Source: Candidatus Eiseniibacteriota bacterium (lineage in GTDB: Bacteria > Eisenbacteria > RBG-16-71-46). From it: a stretch of DNA of 64,000 nucleotides. The number at the start of each line of letters is the position of its first letter. Within the stretch, counting starts at the first letter, position 1. This document shows, in pieces, positions 23,253 through 35,838 of the stretch. The notes below the pieces were generated by a model. It worked only from the letters and a program-made list of their open reading frames with translations, was not told the origin of the DNA and did no database searches. The position numbers were made by a program, and so were the translations under genes. Location: the NCBI GenBank assembly GCA_963744995.1, contig CAVUWA010000010.1, forward strand, positions 640,001 through 704,000, read 5' to 3'.

Positions 23253-25538
23253 TCATCGGAGCACGACCGCTCGCGTCACCCGCCGCTCGTCGCCGCGCGA
23301 CAGGCGCACCAGGTAGACCCCGGTCTCGAATGCGCCGCGTGCGCCGAGACGGAGCGTGTGCGGTCCCGCACCCATCGGCCCCACCTCCCCACCCGCGACC
23401 CGGCGGCCGGCGACGTCGAATACCTCGAGGCGCGCCGGAGCGGCATCGGGCAGGCGGAACGCCACCACGAAGTCGCCGCGCACGGGATTCGGCACCGCGC
23501 CGCGAAGGGCGAAATCCGCGGCCGGCGCGCGCGGGCGCGGCACCGCCACGACCTGGTCGGCGAAGTCCAGCGTCCAGTCGATCTCGCTGTAGTCGACCCC
23601 GGTGAAACCGCCGTAGGCGATCATGCGGTCGGCGCTGGAGTCGTACGCGGCGACCGCGCCCGAACGGATCGACGGCAGGAATCCGGATGGCGCGAGCTGG
23701 GTCCAGGCGGAGTCGGCGAAACCGAACGCCCAGAGCTCGTTGGTGCGTGACGAGGCGCCGAAGTCGCCGTTGCCGCCGAACATCAGCAGCCGGCCGCGCC
23801 GCGTGTCCACCGCGGTCGCCGTCGCCGAGCGCCCGGAGGGCCCGCCGCCCGTGGCGATGTGCGTCCACACCGCTCCGTTCGCGAAGCTCAATCCGAAGGT
23901 GTCGCTCTCGTACTGCAACCCGCCCTGCGCGAATCCGCCATAGACGATCATGCGCGCGTGCACGGGATCCCACGCGGACGCCGTGCCCGAGCGGGCGCCG
24001 GGTGTGGACCCTCCCGGAAACAGCTGCGCCCAGGCCGGCGTGGCGCCGAGGGTGAGCGCCCAGACGTCGGCGTAATCGCTCGCGCCGGCGTTGCCCCCAT
24101 AGACCACCATGCGGTCGCCGCCCGGGTCGTAGACGGCCGCATGCTCCGCGCGCGGCCCCGGGGGCGAGCCCGCGGGGAGCAGCTGCGTCCAGTCCGGCGT
24201 GCCGTCGAGCGGCAGCGCCCACACGTCGTCGAACTGCGTCGCCCCGCCGGCGCCGGTGCCGCCGAACACGATCATGCGCCGCCGCACGGGATCGAGGATC
24301 GCGCTGTGGTAGCGCCGCGCGGGCGGCGGCGTGCCGCCGGTGGCGAGCGGCGACCACTCGAGCGTGGCGAACGGCATCACCCACGTCTGGTTGCTGGGCG
24401 CGCCGCCGCCGAAACACACGAGACGCTGGTTCGGCGCATCTACGATCACGGTGGCGCCGCGCCGCGCGTCGGGACGATCGAACGCCATCGGCAGCTCGCT
24501 CCAGACGGGCGGCCCCGAGAGGTCGAGCCGCCAGCCCTCGTCGGTGCCGTAGAAGGTCGTGCCGCCGTACACCACCATCTGACGGCGCAGCGGATCGAAG
24601 ATCGCGGCATGTGCGGCGCGCACGCTCGGCGGCCCGCCGCCCGGCGCCAGTGCGGCCCACGCGGGCGCCCCGGAGAGATCCAGCGTCCACAGGTCGTCGA
24701 GCCAGACGTAGTCGCGGCCGCCCGCGAACAGGACGAAGCGGTCGTCCTGCGGGTCGTACACGAGCGACGCCGCAGCGCGCGGATCCGGCGGCCCGCCCGC
24801 CGGCGCGACGCCGCTCCAGGTCGGCGTGCCCGAGAGCTCGAGTGACCAGACGTCGGCCAGGTAATTCGAACCGCTCCTGCCGCCGATCAGGACGAAGCGG
24901 TCGCGCGGCGGGTCGTACGCGAACGCGGCGCGCGAGCGCGCGGCGGGCGGCGTCCCTGCGGGCGAGAGCGCCGTCCAGGTGAACGAAGGATCGAGCGACA
25001 GCGTCCATGTATCGCCCAGCGGACTCCCGGCCGCGTCTTCGCCGCCGCAGAGCACCAGCTGGTCGCGGACCGGGTCGTACGCCACCGCTGCATACGCGCG
25101 CGCCGCAGGCGGCGTCCCTGTCGCCGCGTGCAGCGTCCACTGCGGCGTGCCGGAGAGCGACAGCGTCCACACCTGCGCCATCGAAGCGCCGGCGCCGCCC
25201 ACCCACACGATCTGCTCGCGCACCGGATCGAGGATCACCGCCGGCGCCACCACCGGCGCGGGCGCTGCGCCTGCGGCGGCGAGCTTCGTCCATGCGGTCG
25301 GATTCCCGAGATCGAGCGACCACACGTCGCTGGTCGCCCCGTCGTAGGCCGGATCGCCCTGGTAGCTCTCGATCACGCCGCCCACGAGCAGCATGCGGTC
25401 GTGGGTCGCGTCGTACATCGCCGCGGGCGCCTCGCGATGGAGCGGCGGCTGCTCGCGCCACTCGCCGTCGGCGCCGGCCAGCACGGCAGTCGGCACGGAC
25501 GACGCCAGGACGACTAGAACGGTGAGGACTGCGCGCAA
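23253..25538 (-). CDS. Secreted Kelch-repeat protein with C-terminal FlgD-Ig/T9SS type A-like domain
   Basis: Signal peptide; about 12 repeats YDP..DR...FGG...D.W.L; C-terminal PNP..F.L..LEVFDVAGRRV..GVYLVRL. Confidence 0.85.
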   Translation of the reverse strand: MRAVLTVLVVLASSVPTAVLAGADGEWREQPPLHREAPAAMYDATHDRMLLVGGVIESYQGDPAYDGATSDVWSLDLGNPTAWTKLAAAGAAPAPVVAPAVILDPVREQIVWVGGAGASMAQVWTLSLSGTPQWTLHAATGTPPAARAYAAVAYDPVRDQLVLCGGEDAAGSPLGDTWTLSLDPSFTWTALSPAGTPPAARSRAAFAYDPPRDRFVLIGGRSGSNYLADVWSLELSGTPTWSGVAPAGGPPDPRAAASLVYDPQDDRFVLFAGGRDYVWLDDLWTLDLSGAPAWAALAPGGGPPSVRAAHAAIFDPLRRQMVVYGGTTFYGTDEGWRLDLSGPPVWSELPMAFDRPDARRGATVIVDAPNQRLVCFGGGAPSNQTWVMPFATLEWSPLATGGTPPPARRYHSAILDPVRRRMIVFGGTGAGGATQFDDVWALPLDGTPDWTQLLPAGSPPGPRAEHAAVYDPGGDRMVVYGGNAGASDYADVWALTLGATPAWAQLFPGGSTPGARSGTASAWDPVHARMIVYGGFAQGGLQYESDTFGLSFANGAVWTHIATGGGPSGRSATATAVDTRRGRLLMFGGNGDFGASSRTNELWAFGFADSAWTQLAPSGFLPSIRSGAVAAYDSSADRMIAYGGFTGVDYSEIDWTLDFADQVVAVPRPRAPAADFALRGAVPNPVRGDFVVAFRLPDAAPARLEVFDVAGRRVAGGEVGPMGAGPHTLRLGARGAFETGVYLVRLSRGDERRVTRAVVLR

Positions 25539-25785
25539 TGGAAGGGTCCCGCAGGTGTCGGTCGTGTTGGGATGCCGGGGAACGGTGGCGGCCTTCCATC
25601 CGTGTGGGGCGGACGGGAATTATAGAGGATCGGTGCGCGGCGCCGAAGGCGGGGGGGCCGGTGTACGAGGCCGTGCGGGTGGGCATGGCCGACGGCCATG
25701 CCACCGTGCCCGAGTTCGCGGTCGATGCGGTAGCGTTCGCCGAGCATCCCTGGAAGCGGCGGTTACGACATGCCCGGAGCCCGGC

Positions 25786-27153
25786 CTACGCCGGATCCCC
25801 GCTCACGACGGCGTGGCCCGCGCTCAGGTAGCCGTCCATGCCGTCGCTGGCGGCGGTCAGCTTCCGGAATCCGGCGCGCTCCAGCACACTCGCGGCGATC
25901 GCGCTGCGGTACCCGCCGGCGCAGACGATCGCGTACTCGGCATCGCGGTCGAGCGTCGGAACCCGCTCCTCGAGCGAGGCGAGCGGCACGTGAACCGCGT
26001 GCTCGATGTGGAAGCGGTCCCACTCGGCGGAACGCCGGACGTCGAGCACCGTGCGGCCGGGACGGAGCGCGCTCGCCACGGGCTCGAACCCGATCGAGGC
26101 GACCGGCAGACCCGCCGCCCGCCACGCCTCGAACCCGCCGTCGAGCGTGCCGGCCACCTTCTCGTAGCCGACGCGCGCGAGACGCATCACCGCTTCCTCC
26201 TCTCGGCCCGGATCGCAGACCAGCGCCAGCGTCTGATCCGGCGTCACCAGCGTACCGACCCACGAGGCGTACTGGCCGTCGAGCCCGACGTGCAGTGCGC
26301 CGGCCGGGTGGAGCGACGCGAACGCCGCGGCGGTGCGCGTGTCGAGCACGACGGCGCCGTTCGTCATAGCGGCGGCGAACGCGGCCGGCGCGAGCGCCGG
26401 CGGCAGTTCGGCGCCCTCGCGCAGCGCCGGGCCGGCCTGGTTGAGGTCGCGCGAGTGCAGGAAGTAGACCGGCGTTTCGGGCACGTCGCGCGTGATGTCG
26501 GCAATGAACTGCTCGCGACTCGCTACGCGCAGCGCCGGGTTCATCATGCGCTCCCGGCCGATCGTGCTCCACGTCTCGCTGCGGATGCTGCGTCCGCACA
26601 GCGACCCCGCGCCGTGCGCGGGGTAGACGCGTGTCGCGTCGGGCAGGCGCATCAGCTTCTGGACGCTGTCGTACATCATCCCCGCGAGGTCCTCGACCGA
26701 GAGCCTGGACGACAGGATGTCCACGCGCCCGACGTCGCCCACGAACAGCGTGTCGCCGGTGAGCACGCCCCACGGCGTCTCGTTCGCGTCTTCGAAGATC
26801 AGATACGAGAGACTCTCGGGCGTATGGCCGGGGGTCGCCAGCGCGCGCACGCGCAGCGAGCCGATGCGGATCTCATCGCCGTCGTCGAGCGGGTGGTGAT
26901 CGTACTTCGCCCCGGCGCTGCGGCCGATGCCGATCTTCGCGCCGGTCGCGCGGGCGAGATCGCGATGTCCGGAGACGAAGTCCGCGTGCAGGTGGGTCTC
27001 GAGCACCCAGGTGATCTTCAGGCCGTGCGCGTCCGCCTCGTCGAGATACATGTCGACGTCGCGCGACGGATCCACCGCCACGGCTTCGCCGGCGTCGCCG
27101 ATCAGGTAGGACGCGTGCGCCAGGCAGCCGACGTAAAACTGCTTGAAATGCAT
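25786..27153 (-). CDS. MBL-fold persulfide dioxygenase-like protein with two rhodanese domains
   Basis: ETHLHADFVSG, TPGHTPE, TGDTLF, PAHGAGSLCG, CAGGYRS. Confidence 0.92.
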   Translation of the reverse strand: MHFKQFYVGCLAHASYLIGDAGEAVAVDPSRDVDMYLDEADAHGLKITWVLETHLHADFVSGHRDLARATGAKIGIGRSAGAKYDHHPLDDGDEIRIGSLRVRALATPGHTPESLSYLIFEDANETPWGVLTGDTLFVGDVGRVDILSSRLSVEDLAGMMYDSVQKLMRLPDATRVYPAHGAGSLCGRSIRSETWSTIGRERMMNPALRVASREQFIADITRDVPETPVYFLHSRDLNQAGPALREGAELPPALAPAAFAAAMTNGAVVLDTRTAAAFASLHPAGALHVGLDGQYASWVGTLVTPDQTLALVCDPGREEEAVMRLARVGYEKVAGTLDGGFEAWRAAGLPVASIGFEPVASALRPGRTVLDVRRSAEWDRFHIEHAVHVPLASLEERVPTLDRDAEYAIVCAGGYRSAIAASVLERAGFRKLTAASDGMDGYLSAGHAVVSGDPA

Positions 27154-27396
27154 GAGAGGGGTGTCCTCGCGCAGGGTGGTCGGGAAGGCGATGGGGGGCA
27201 CCGTGGTCGCGGATACGATACGGAAACACTACCGCGGCAAATGACCGCGCCGCCAGCCTCGACGGCCGGTCCGCCGGCCTTATGTCGCCTCGAGCGGGTA
27301 CGGCACCGGCCGGGCGGGCCGGCCGGGCGCGCCCCGCGGGGGCGCCGGAGGGGACCGGCGCCCGCCGGAGCGGTGCCCCACCCCCAAAGGAACCCA

Positions 27397-27425
27397 TTGA
27401 GACGCGCCCCGGCCGCGTCTACACT
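27397..27425 (+). promoter_or_regulatory. sigma70-type promoter
   Basis: TTGAGA-17 bp-TACACT upstream of the lamin-tail gene. Confidence 0.55.
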
Positions 27426-27597
27426 GGTTGTTCGGCATCACCCCCGAGCCTGGCCGCGCCGAGCCGCATGCTCTCCCCCGACCTCGCGCGGGCCGCCGCG
27501 TGCGCGCCATGCGGGCCGCCAGCGACTACGGAGTCGCTGGCGGATCGCGGCCGCGCAACGTATCCAAGAGTTCAACGTACGCTCCAGGAGGTTCACC

Positions 27598-28266
27598 ATG
27601 CGCCGTTGCTTCCTCGTCTCCGGAGTTCTCGCACTCACCCTGTCGCTCGTGGCCAGCGTGGCCCTTGCGGCATCTCCGGATGTTCTCCTCAGCCAGGTTT
27701 ACGGCGGCGGCGGCAACTCCGGCGCCACGTACACCAACGACTTCATCGAGTTGTTCAACCGCGGCACCTCCACGGTCGACGTCACGGGGTGGAGCGTTCA
27801 GTACGCCTCTGCCACGGGCTCCTCGTGGCAGGTCACCACGCTCTCCGGCACGATCGCCCCCGGTCAGTTCTTCCTGATCCAGGAAGCGGCGGGCTCCGGC
27901 GGCACGACACCGTTGCCGACGCCGGACGTCGCCGGCGGGATCGCGATGAGCGGAACGAACGGCAAGGTGGCGCTCGTCTCATCGACGACCGCCTTGAGCG
28001 GCACCTGCCCGCTCGGCGGTTCGGTCGTGGACTTCGTCGGCTACGGTTCCACGGCGAACTGCTTCGAAGGCGGCGGCCCGACGCCGACGCTCTCGAACAC
28101 GATCGCCGCGTTCCGCACCGATCCGTGCCTGGATCTCGACGACAATGCCCTCGAGTTCTCCACCGGCGCGCCGAATCCGCGCAACACGGCGACGCCGCTG
28201 AGCCCCTGCACCCCCGTGTCCGTCACGCCGGGCACCTGGGGCACGATCAAGTCGATGTACCGGTAG
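27598..28266 (+). CDS. Secreted lamin-tail-domain protein with C-terminal TWGTIKSMYR motif
   Basis: AGGAGG RBS; signal peptide; SQVYGGGGNSGA...DFIELFN, GWSVQY, VDFVGYG. Confidence 0.88.
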   Translation: MRRCFLVSGVLALTLSLVASVALAASPDVLLSQVYGGGGNSGATYTNDFIELFNRGTSTVDVTGWSVQYASATGSSWQVTTLSGTIAPGQFFLIQEAAGSGGTTPLPTPDVAGGIAMSGTNGKVALVSSTTALSGTCPLGGSVVDFVGYGSTANCFEGGGPTPTLSNTIAAFRTDPCLDLDDNALEFSTGAPNPRNTATPLSPCTPVSVTPGTWGTIKSMYR

Positions 28267-28285
28267 CTCGTACGAAGCCGGTTGG

Positions 28286-28320
28286 AAGCGGCCGCTCCCG
28301 CATGCGGGGGCGGCCGTTTT
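28286..28320 (+). terminator. Intrinsic terminator
   Basis: gcggccgctcccgc/gcgggggcggccg stem followed by tttt. Confidence 0.7.
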
Positions 28321-28570
28321 CCGCGCCGGGTGGAGCCGCACGCCGGTTCTGCTCATCGGTGGCGACCCCGCCGCGACCGACGCGGCCTGCCGTGCCCTGC
28401 GGGACGATCCAGGCGCCGCCGGACTGGCCAGACCGTTCCACGCGACGCGGCTGACGGAGAGCCGGGCACGTCGCTGCGCGGAGAGGCATGATGCGACGCT
28501 CCGGAACGCGCTGCGCCGCCCGCCCGCGGCCGGCCACGCGCATGCCGCGCGTGATCCTGCGCCGCCGGAC

Positions 28571-30484
28571 CTACTGCCGCTGGCTCCGCGGCGGCAACGG
28601 GATCACCGTCGCGTCGCTGACGAGACCGTTACCCATCAGGATTCGGGCACCGTTCTCGGCGCGTGCGTGCGTGCTGTAGATGCCGAGCACGACGCGGTAG
28701 CCGCCGCCGGCCGAGTGCACCAGCCAGCCCTTGAGCCCGGTCGCCTCGACGAGCCGCTCGCGTTCCATCCCGGCTGCGCCGGCGTCCGCGTGCCGGCCGA
28801 CGTCCACGGCCCAGAGTTGATTCGGATCTGCGTTCGTCTCGCCGGCTGCGGCGGCTGCCGGGACGGCCGGCGGCTGGTAGGGCTCGGGCGCCGCCGCGCG
28901 TGAAGGTTCGCCCCGGGTCGCGTTCTGCTCCGCCTTCGGCTCCCTTGTGCGCGCCGTGGGCTTCGCGGCTTCCTTCGCGGGTGCGGCCTGCGGGTCCGCA
29001 GCGTCGGCCGCAGTCTCATCGCTCGCGGTCGCCGCCCGTTGCTCCTCCGCCATCCGCGCGGCCGCGGCCGCTGCCGAGCGTTCGGCCGACGCCGAAATCG
29101 CATTCATCCCGGCGGCGATCATGCGCTTCGTGGGACCGGCGAGCGTCACCAGCGCGGCGGCGATCACCAGCAGCAGCGCGACCGTGCCGAGCCACTCGGG
29201 ACGTTGCCGGCGGCCGCGGCGATAACGCGGCAGGACACGCCCGCGACGGCGGCGCAGCCTGGCCAGCACCTCGTCGACCGCGGGATCCTCCGAAACTTCG
29301 GTGGCGCCGAACTCGTCCACGAACTCGGCGCGACCGGTGCCGATCAGGTCGCCGAAGCGTGGCTCGTCGGGCGAAATGAACCGCCCGACCCAGTCGCTGA
29401 CCTTCTTCGGGTCGCCCGGCGGCTTGAGCTCGTCTGCACCGTCCGGATCGTGCGGGGGGCGCGGAATGGGCGCGAGATCGGCGGCGGTGAGCGTCCGTCC
29501 CGCCTGCCCGGGCGATGCGGCTTCGAGGTCCGTGGCCGCCGGAGGCGCGTCATCCCGGCCGGCCGGTCTCGCGCCCGTGCGGTCCTCCGCCGGACGCGAC
29601 TCCGCGTGCGCGCGCTGCGGCACTGCCGGATCGTGTTGCCGCGCCGCGGTCGGCGCCGCAGCCGCAGCCGCCTCGCCGCCGCCGCGCGAGAAGCCGAGCG
29701 CCTCCGCCGCCTCCCGCACCCGCGCCGTGCTCACCGACGGCTCGCCCGCCCTGCGTGCGAGCCGCAGCGCCTCGCCGGCCAGCGTTCCCAGCGTTCGCGG
29801 CACCCCCTGTGAGAACACGTGCAACTCGCGGCAGGTCTTCTTCGGGAACAGCGCGGCCGCGTCCCTTTCTTCAGCGGCGGCGATCTCGTGCACGAAGCGG
29901 CGGCTCTGGTGCGCCGAGTAGGGCGGCATGACGATCTGCACCCCGACCCGCTGGCGCAGCGCCTCGAACGCCGGATCGGCGAGCCGCGCCTCCAGCGCCG
30001 GCAGCCCGGCGAGCACGACCTCGAGCGGCCCGCCCGCCTGCCCGCTCACGTTGACGAGCAGCCGCAGCTCGCCGAGCAGCTCGGACGAGATCTCGTGCGC
30101 GTCGTCGATCACCACCACCGGAACGCGGTTCTCGCTCTTTGCCGCGGCGATCGCCCCTTCGAGACTGGCGATCAGCTGCGGCTTGCTCGCGCCCACCGGC
30201 GGCTCGCCGCCGAAGCGGCGCACGATCTCCTCGAGCAGTTCGGTACGGCTCAGCGCGGGATCGGGGACGAATGCAACCGTTGCGCGCGCACCCCAGCGTT
30301 CGATCGCGGCGCGCACCAGGGTCGTTTTGCCGGTGCCGGCCTCGCCGGTCACCAGCAGGAACGGTTCACGGGCGCCGAGGCTCTCGCCCAGGCGCTCGAG
30401 GGCCTCCTTCACGAATTCCGTTTGGAGTATGCGCTGGGCCCGCGCGGGGCCTGAAGAGTGATCCTTCGACACGGCGGATGGCAT
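28571..30484 (-). CDS. ExeA/GspA-like AAA ATPase with TM helix and C-terminal SPOR-like domain
   Basis: TGEAGTGKTT, VVIDDAH, LRQRV, SQGVPR; YRVVLG in C-terminus. Confidence 0.82.
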   Translation of the reverse strand: MPSAVSKDHSSGPARAQRILQTEFVKEALERLGESLGAREPFLLVTGEAGTGKTTLVRAAIERWGARATVAFVPDPALSRTELLEEIVRRFGGEPPVGASKPQLIASLEGAIAAAKSENRVPVVVIDDAHEISSELLGELRLLVNVSGQAGGPLEVVLAGLPALEARLADPAFEALRQRVGVQIVMPPYSAHQSRRFVHEIAAAEERDAAALFPKKTCRELHVFSQGVPRTLGTLAGEALRLARRAGEPSVSTARVREAAEALGFSRGGGEAAAAAAPTAARQHDPAVPQRAHAESRPAEDRTGARPAGRDDAPPAATDLEAASPGQAGRTLTAADLAPIPRPPHDPDGADELKPPGDPKKVSDWVGRFISPDEPRFGDLIGTGRAEFVDEFGATEVSEDPAVDEVLARLRRRRGRVLPRYRRGRRQRPEWLGTVALLLVIAAALVTLAGPTKRMIAAGMNAISASAERSAAAAAARMAEEQRAATASDETAADAADPQAAPAKEAAKPTARTREPKAEQNATRGEPSRAAAPEPYQPPAVPAAAAAGETNADPNQLWAVDVGRHADAGAAGMERERLVEATGLKGWLVHSAGGGYRVVLGIYSTHARAENGARILMGNGLVSDATVIPLPPRSQRQ

Positions 30485-30536
30485 CTCCGGGGAAGCGGTG
30501 TCCGGCCCCCGCGTCCATGCGGGGGGTCGCCCTTAT

Positions 30537-30563
30537 GTATCGGCCGGTGGGGCGGCACTCTTG
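30537..30563 (-). promoter_or_regulatory. Putative sigma28/FliA-like promoter
   Basis: CAAG-15 bp-GCCGATAC upstream of the ExeA-like gene. Confidence 0.45.
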
Positions 30564-30881
30564 CGCGGGTTCTGGGTGGATTGACGCCGCGGGGCCACCA
30601 TCGATCCCCGTGCGGTCAGGGCGGGCCGCAGCGCATGATGCTCAATCGTTTTACCCGACGCGCACCGTGTTCGACCCTGCTGATTGCCGCACCGGTTCGC
30701 AATACCCTCACGGCGGACGAACAGACCACCGCGGCCGGGAGCAGGGCCGCCGCTCACATGGCGCGCCGCACGGCGGATTCCGTCACCCCGGCGGGGTCGA
30801 TCGCCCCACGCCGGGAACGGGCACATCCCCGGCCCGCCGCCGGGCCGCGCTCCCGCGGCGGGACTGTTGTAGATTTCGCCG

Positions 30882-33573
30882 ATGGCACTTTCCCCCGGCA
30901 GAACGCTCGGACCCTACGAAGTGCTCGCACGGCTCGGCGCGGGTGGCATGGGCGAGGTCTACCGCGCCCGCGATACGCGGCTCGGCCGCGAGGTGGCGGT
31001 GAAGGTGCTGCCACAGCACCTGTCCTCGAATCCCGAGATCCGCGCGCGCTTCGAGCGCGAGGCGAAGACGATCTCGAGCCTCAGCCACCCGCACATCTGC
31101 GCGCTCTACGACGTCGGCCGGGTCCCCGATGACACCGGGTCGGGCGAGACCGGCTTCCTGGTCATGGAGCTGGTCGAAGGCGAAACCCTGGCGGCCCGGA
31201 TCGAGCGCGGGGCGCTGCCCGCGGCCGACGTGCTGAAGATCGGCGCGCAGATCGCCGATGCGCTCGACCGTGCGCACCGCGCAGGCGTGGTGCATCGAGA
31301 CCTCAAGCCCGGCAACGTCATGCTCACGCGCTCGGGCGCGAAGCTCATGGACTTCGGCCTCGCGCGCGCCACGGCGCCCGCCGGCGAACCGGGCACGACA
31401 GCGGACCTGCTGTCGCAGTCACCCACGGTCGCGCAGCCGCTCACGGAGGAGGGCACGGTCGTCGGGACGGTCCAGTACATGGCGCCCGAACAGCTCGAGG
31501 GCAAGGAGGCCGACGCGCGTACCGACCTGTGGGCGCTCGGCTGCGTGCTCTACGAGATGGCGACCGGTCGCCGCGCTTTCGATGGCAGGAGCCAGGCGAG
31601 CCTGATCGGGGCGATCATGCACACGACGCCGCCGCCGCCCTCGCAGGTGGCGCCGCTCGCCCCGCTGGCGCTCGACCGGCTGGTGGGCGCATGCCTCGCC
31701 AGGGACCCGGCCGACCGCGTGCAGAGCGCGCACGACGTGAAGCTGCAGCTCGAGTGGATGGCGGATGCGTCGTCGTCGATGTCCGGCGCGGTGACCCCGG
31801 CGCTCGGGCGGAAACGGCGCGCCGCGAGCCGGTGGATGCCGGCGCTCGTCGCGCTGGGCGCCGCTGCGATCGCATCGCTCGTGACGTGGGGAGTACTTCG
31901 GAACCGTGCGGGCTTCGCCGCTGTGCCGCATGCCCAGCGCTACACGATCGGCCATGCCGACCTAGCAGGTCCAGTCCGCACCGGCCCTCGCGCCGAGCGG
32001 CAGATACATCGTCTTCAGCGTCCGGGAAGGTGACACGAAGCGGCTGTACCGCAGGGACCTCAACTCGTTCGTGATGACGCCGATCACCGGGACCGAGGGA
32101 GGACAGGGGCCGTTCTTTTCGCCCGACGGAGCATGGATCGGCTTCGTGACGGGCGATGCCCTGAAAAAAGTGCCGGCTGCAGGGGGTGCCGCACAGATCG
32201 TGGTCTCTCAAGGCCAGCTGGATGCCGCCGACTGGGGCCGCAACGGCATGATCTACTTCACCCCCCGAGCGGGCGGGACCGATGGCGTCACCGCCCTCGC
32301 CCGCGTGCCGGAAACCGGCGGGAACGCCGAGGTGGTGGCGCAGCTCGACACGACGGCGGGCGAGTACGGGGCCTGGCTTCCCGAGATCCTCCCCGATGCC
32401 AGGACGGTGCTGATCACCATCGCCAGCCGCCAGGGCTTCAGCATCGTCGCGGTGCGTCCGGATGGCACGCGCCACTCCGTCGTTCGCAACGCGCTGCTCG
32501 CGCGCTACGTCCCTTCCGGGTACCTGCTCTATTTCGATTTCGATCCGTCGGCGACGCTCGCTGCGCCGTTCGATCCCGTGGCCGCGAAGATCACGGGGCC
32601 GGCGGTGCCGATCACCGAATCGGTGGATGTCAATTACGCCTTCGACGTCGGCGCCGATGGCACCCTCGTCTACGTGCCGACCTCCGCCGAAGGACAGGGG
32701 CTGGAAGTCGCCTGGATCGGCAGTGACGGCCGCTCCACGCCGGTCATGAACACCCGCGGGCGCTGGACTCAGCCGCGGATCGCGCCGGACGGCCACCGCA
32801 TCCTCATGCGCAAGGTGGGCAATGCCTGTGAGCTCTGGATGTACGACCTCGATCGTGCAGTGCTCACGCGCGTGGCGGCCAGCGGCGACCTCCACTCGCC
32901 GGTATGGAGCCCCGATGGCAGCCGGATCGCCTTCCGCCGGGAAGACGGAGAAGGCAGTCTGCACGTCATGCGTCTGGGCGGCGCGCGCCAGGATCGGACG
33001 GTTCTCGACGGCAGGGCTTCCGGCGAGCCTTGGTCGTGGTCGGCCGGCGGGAACCTGCTCGCGTTCACGAAGGGTGGTCGCGGCACGGCCAGGGACATCT
33101 ACGTCCTGCCGATGGACCGCGGCGCGTCGCCGATCCCGTTCCTCGTCACACCGAACAGCGAGAAGCATCCCTCGATTCACCCGAGCGGCCACTGGATCGC
33201 CTACGATTCCAACGAGACGGGCATGTCGGAGGTGTTCATCCGGCGCTACCCGGACACAGGCGACGTCTGGCAGGTCTCCACCGGAGGGGGCGCCGCGCCG
33301 CTCTGGTCACGGGACGGCCGGTCGCTGTACTTCCAGCGCGGGCGGGACCTCCTGCGCGTGGAGACCCGGACGGCGCCCTCGCTCACGATCGGGGAGCCTC
33401 AGCGGGTTGCGAAGGGCATCAGCGCCGGCGTGATCGGGCGGGCATACGACGTGGGTGCGGATGGGCGCGTCGTCTCGGTGCGGGCCCCCGGAGATGTCGC
33501 GCGGCTTCCCGCGATCCGCGTGCTGCTGCACTGGGAACAGGAGCTCGCCCGGTTGCAGGCGCCCGGGCACTGA
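30882..33573 (+). pseudogene. Ser/Thr protein kinase with TM and TolB/PD40 propeller, frameshifted near 31964 (possible assembly error)
   Basis: GAGGMGEVY, HRDLKPGN, DFG, YMAPE in ORF 30882-32033; PD40 repeats in ORF 32071-33573; one extra base joins them. Confidence 0.8.
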
Positions 33574-33613
33574 AGCACCGGCCCGGCGGGCCGCGCCGAC
33601 CTGGGGCGGCTCC

Positions 33614-35555
<1,942 letters not shown>

Positions 35556-35637
35556 GGCGGCCTCCTCGAGCGGTCGAGCCGCACGGCGCGGCCCGCAACA
35601 GGTGGCCCAAGGCTAACCCGGGGCGCTGGTGGCGGGC

Positions 35638-35691
35638 GACGACTTTTCGTCCCGGCGCCCGACGAGAACTCGTCGACGACGAGATCCCGCC
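35638..35691. promoter_or_regulatory. Candidate enhancer (UAS): tandem GACGA-N4-TCGTC palindromes
   Basis: Perfect copies at 35638-35651 and 35661-35674, partial copy at 35678-35691. Confidence 0.6.
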
Positions 35692-35759
35692 GCTGTTCCG
35701 GCCCGTGCGCTGGATCCATATCACACTGTCTCACTGCATGTTACGTGAATGGACCCCGC

Positions 35760-35774
35760 TGGCACGGACGGTGC
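35760..35774 (+). promoter_or_regulatory. sigma54 promoter of the osmC operon
   Basis: TGGCACGGACGGTGC, GG-N10-GC, divergent from a sigma54 activator. Confidence 0.75.
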
Positions 35775-35838
35775 CCTGAGGGAACGCCGTACCGGGCAGC
35801 CGATCGGCGGCCGCCCATCACACCCGGAGGCACACGAG

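Noticed and set aside
22513..25704. 1063-aa ORF appearing to be a giant GntR fusion
   Set aside because: The N-terminal ~840 aa is an Arg/Ala-rich shadow frame of the Kelch gene; a promoter and GTG start at 23184 define the real GntR gene
25393..28266. 957-aa plus-strand ORF
   Set aside because: Mostly antisense to the MBL gene; the real CDS starts at 27598 after AGGAGG with a signal peptide
31955..31975. Programmed ribosomal frameshift producing short and long kinase forms
   Set aside because: No slippery sequence, the paralogue at 39149 is continuous, and similar single-base insertions occur in two unrelated genes
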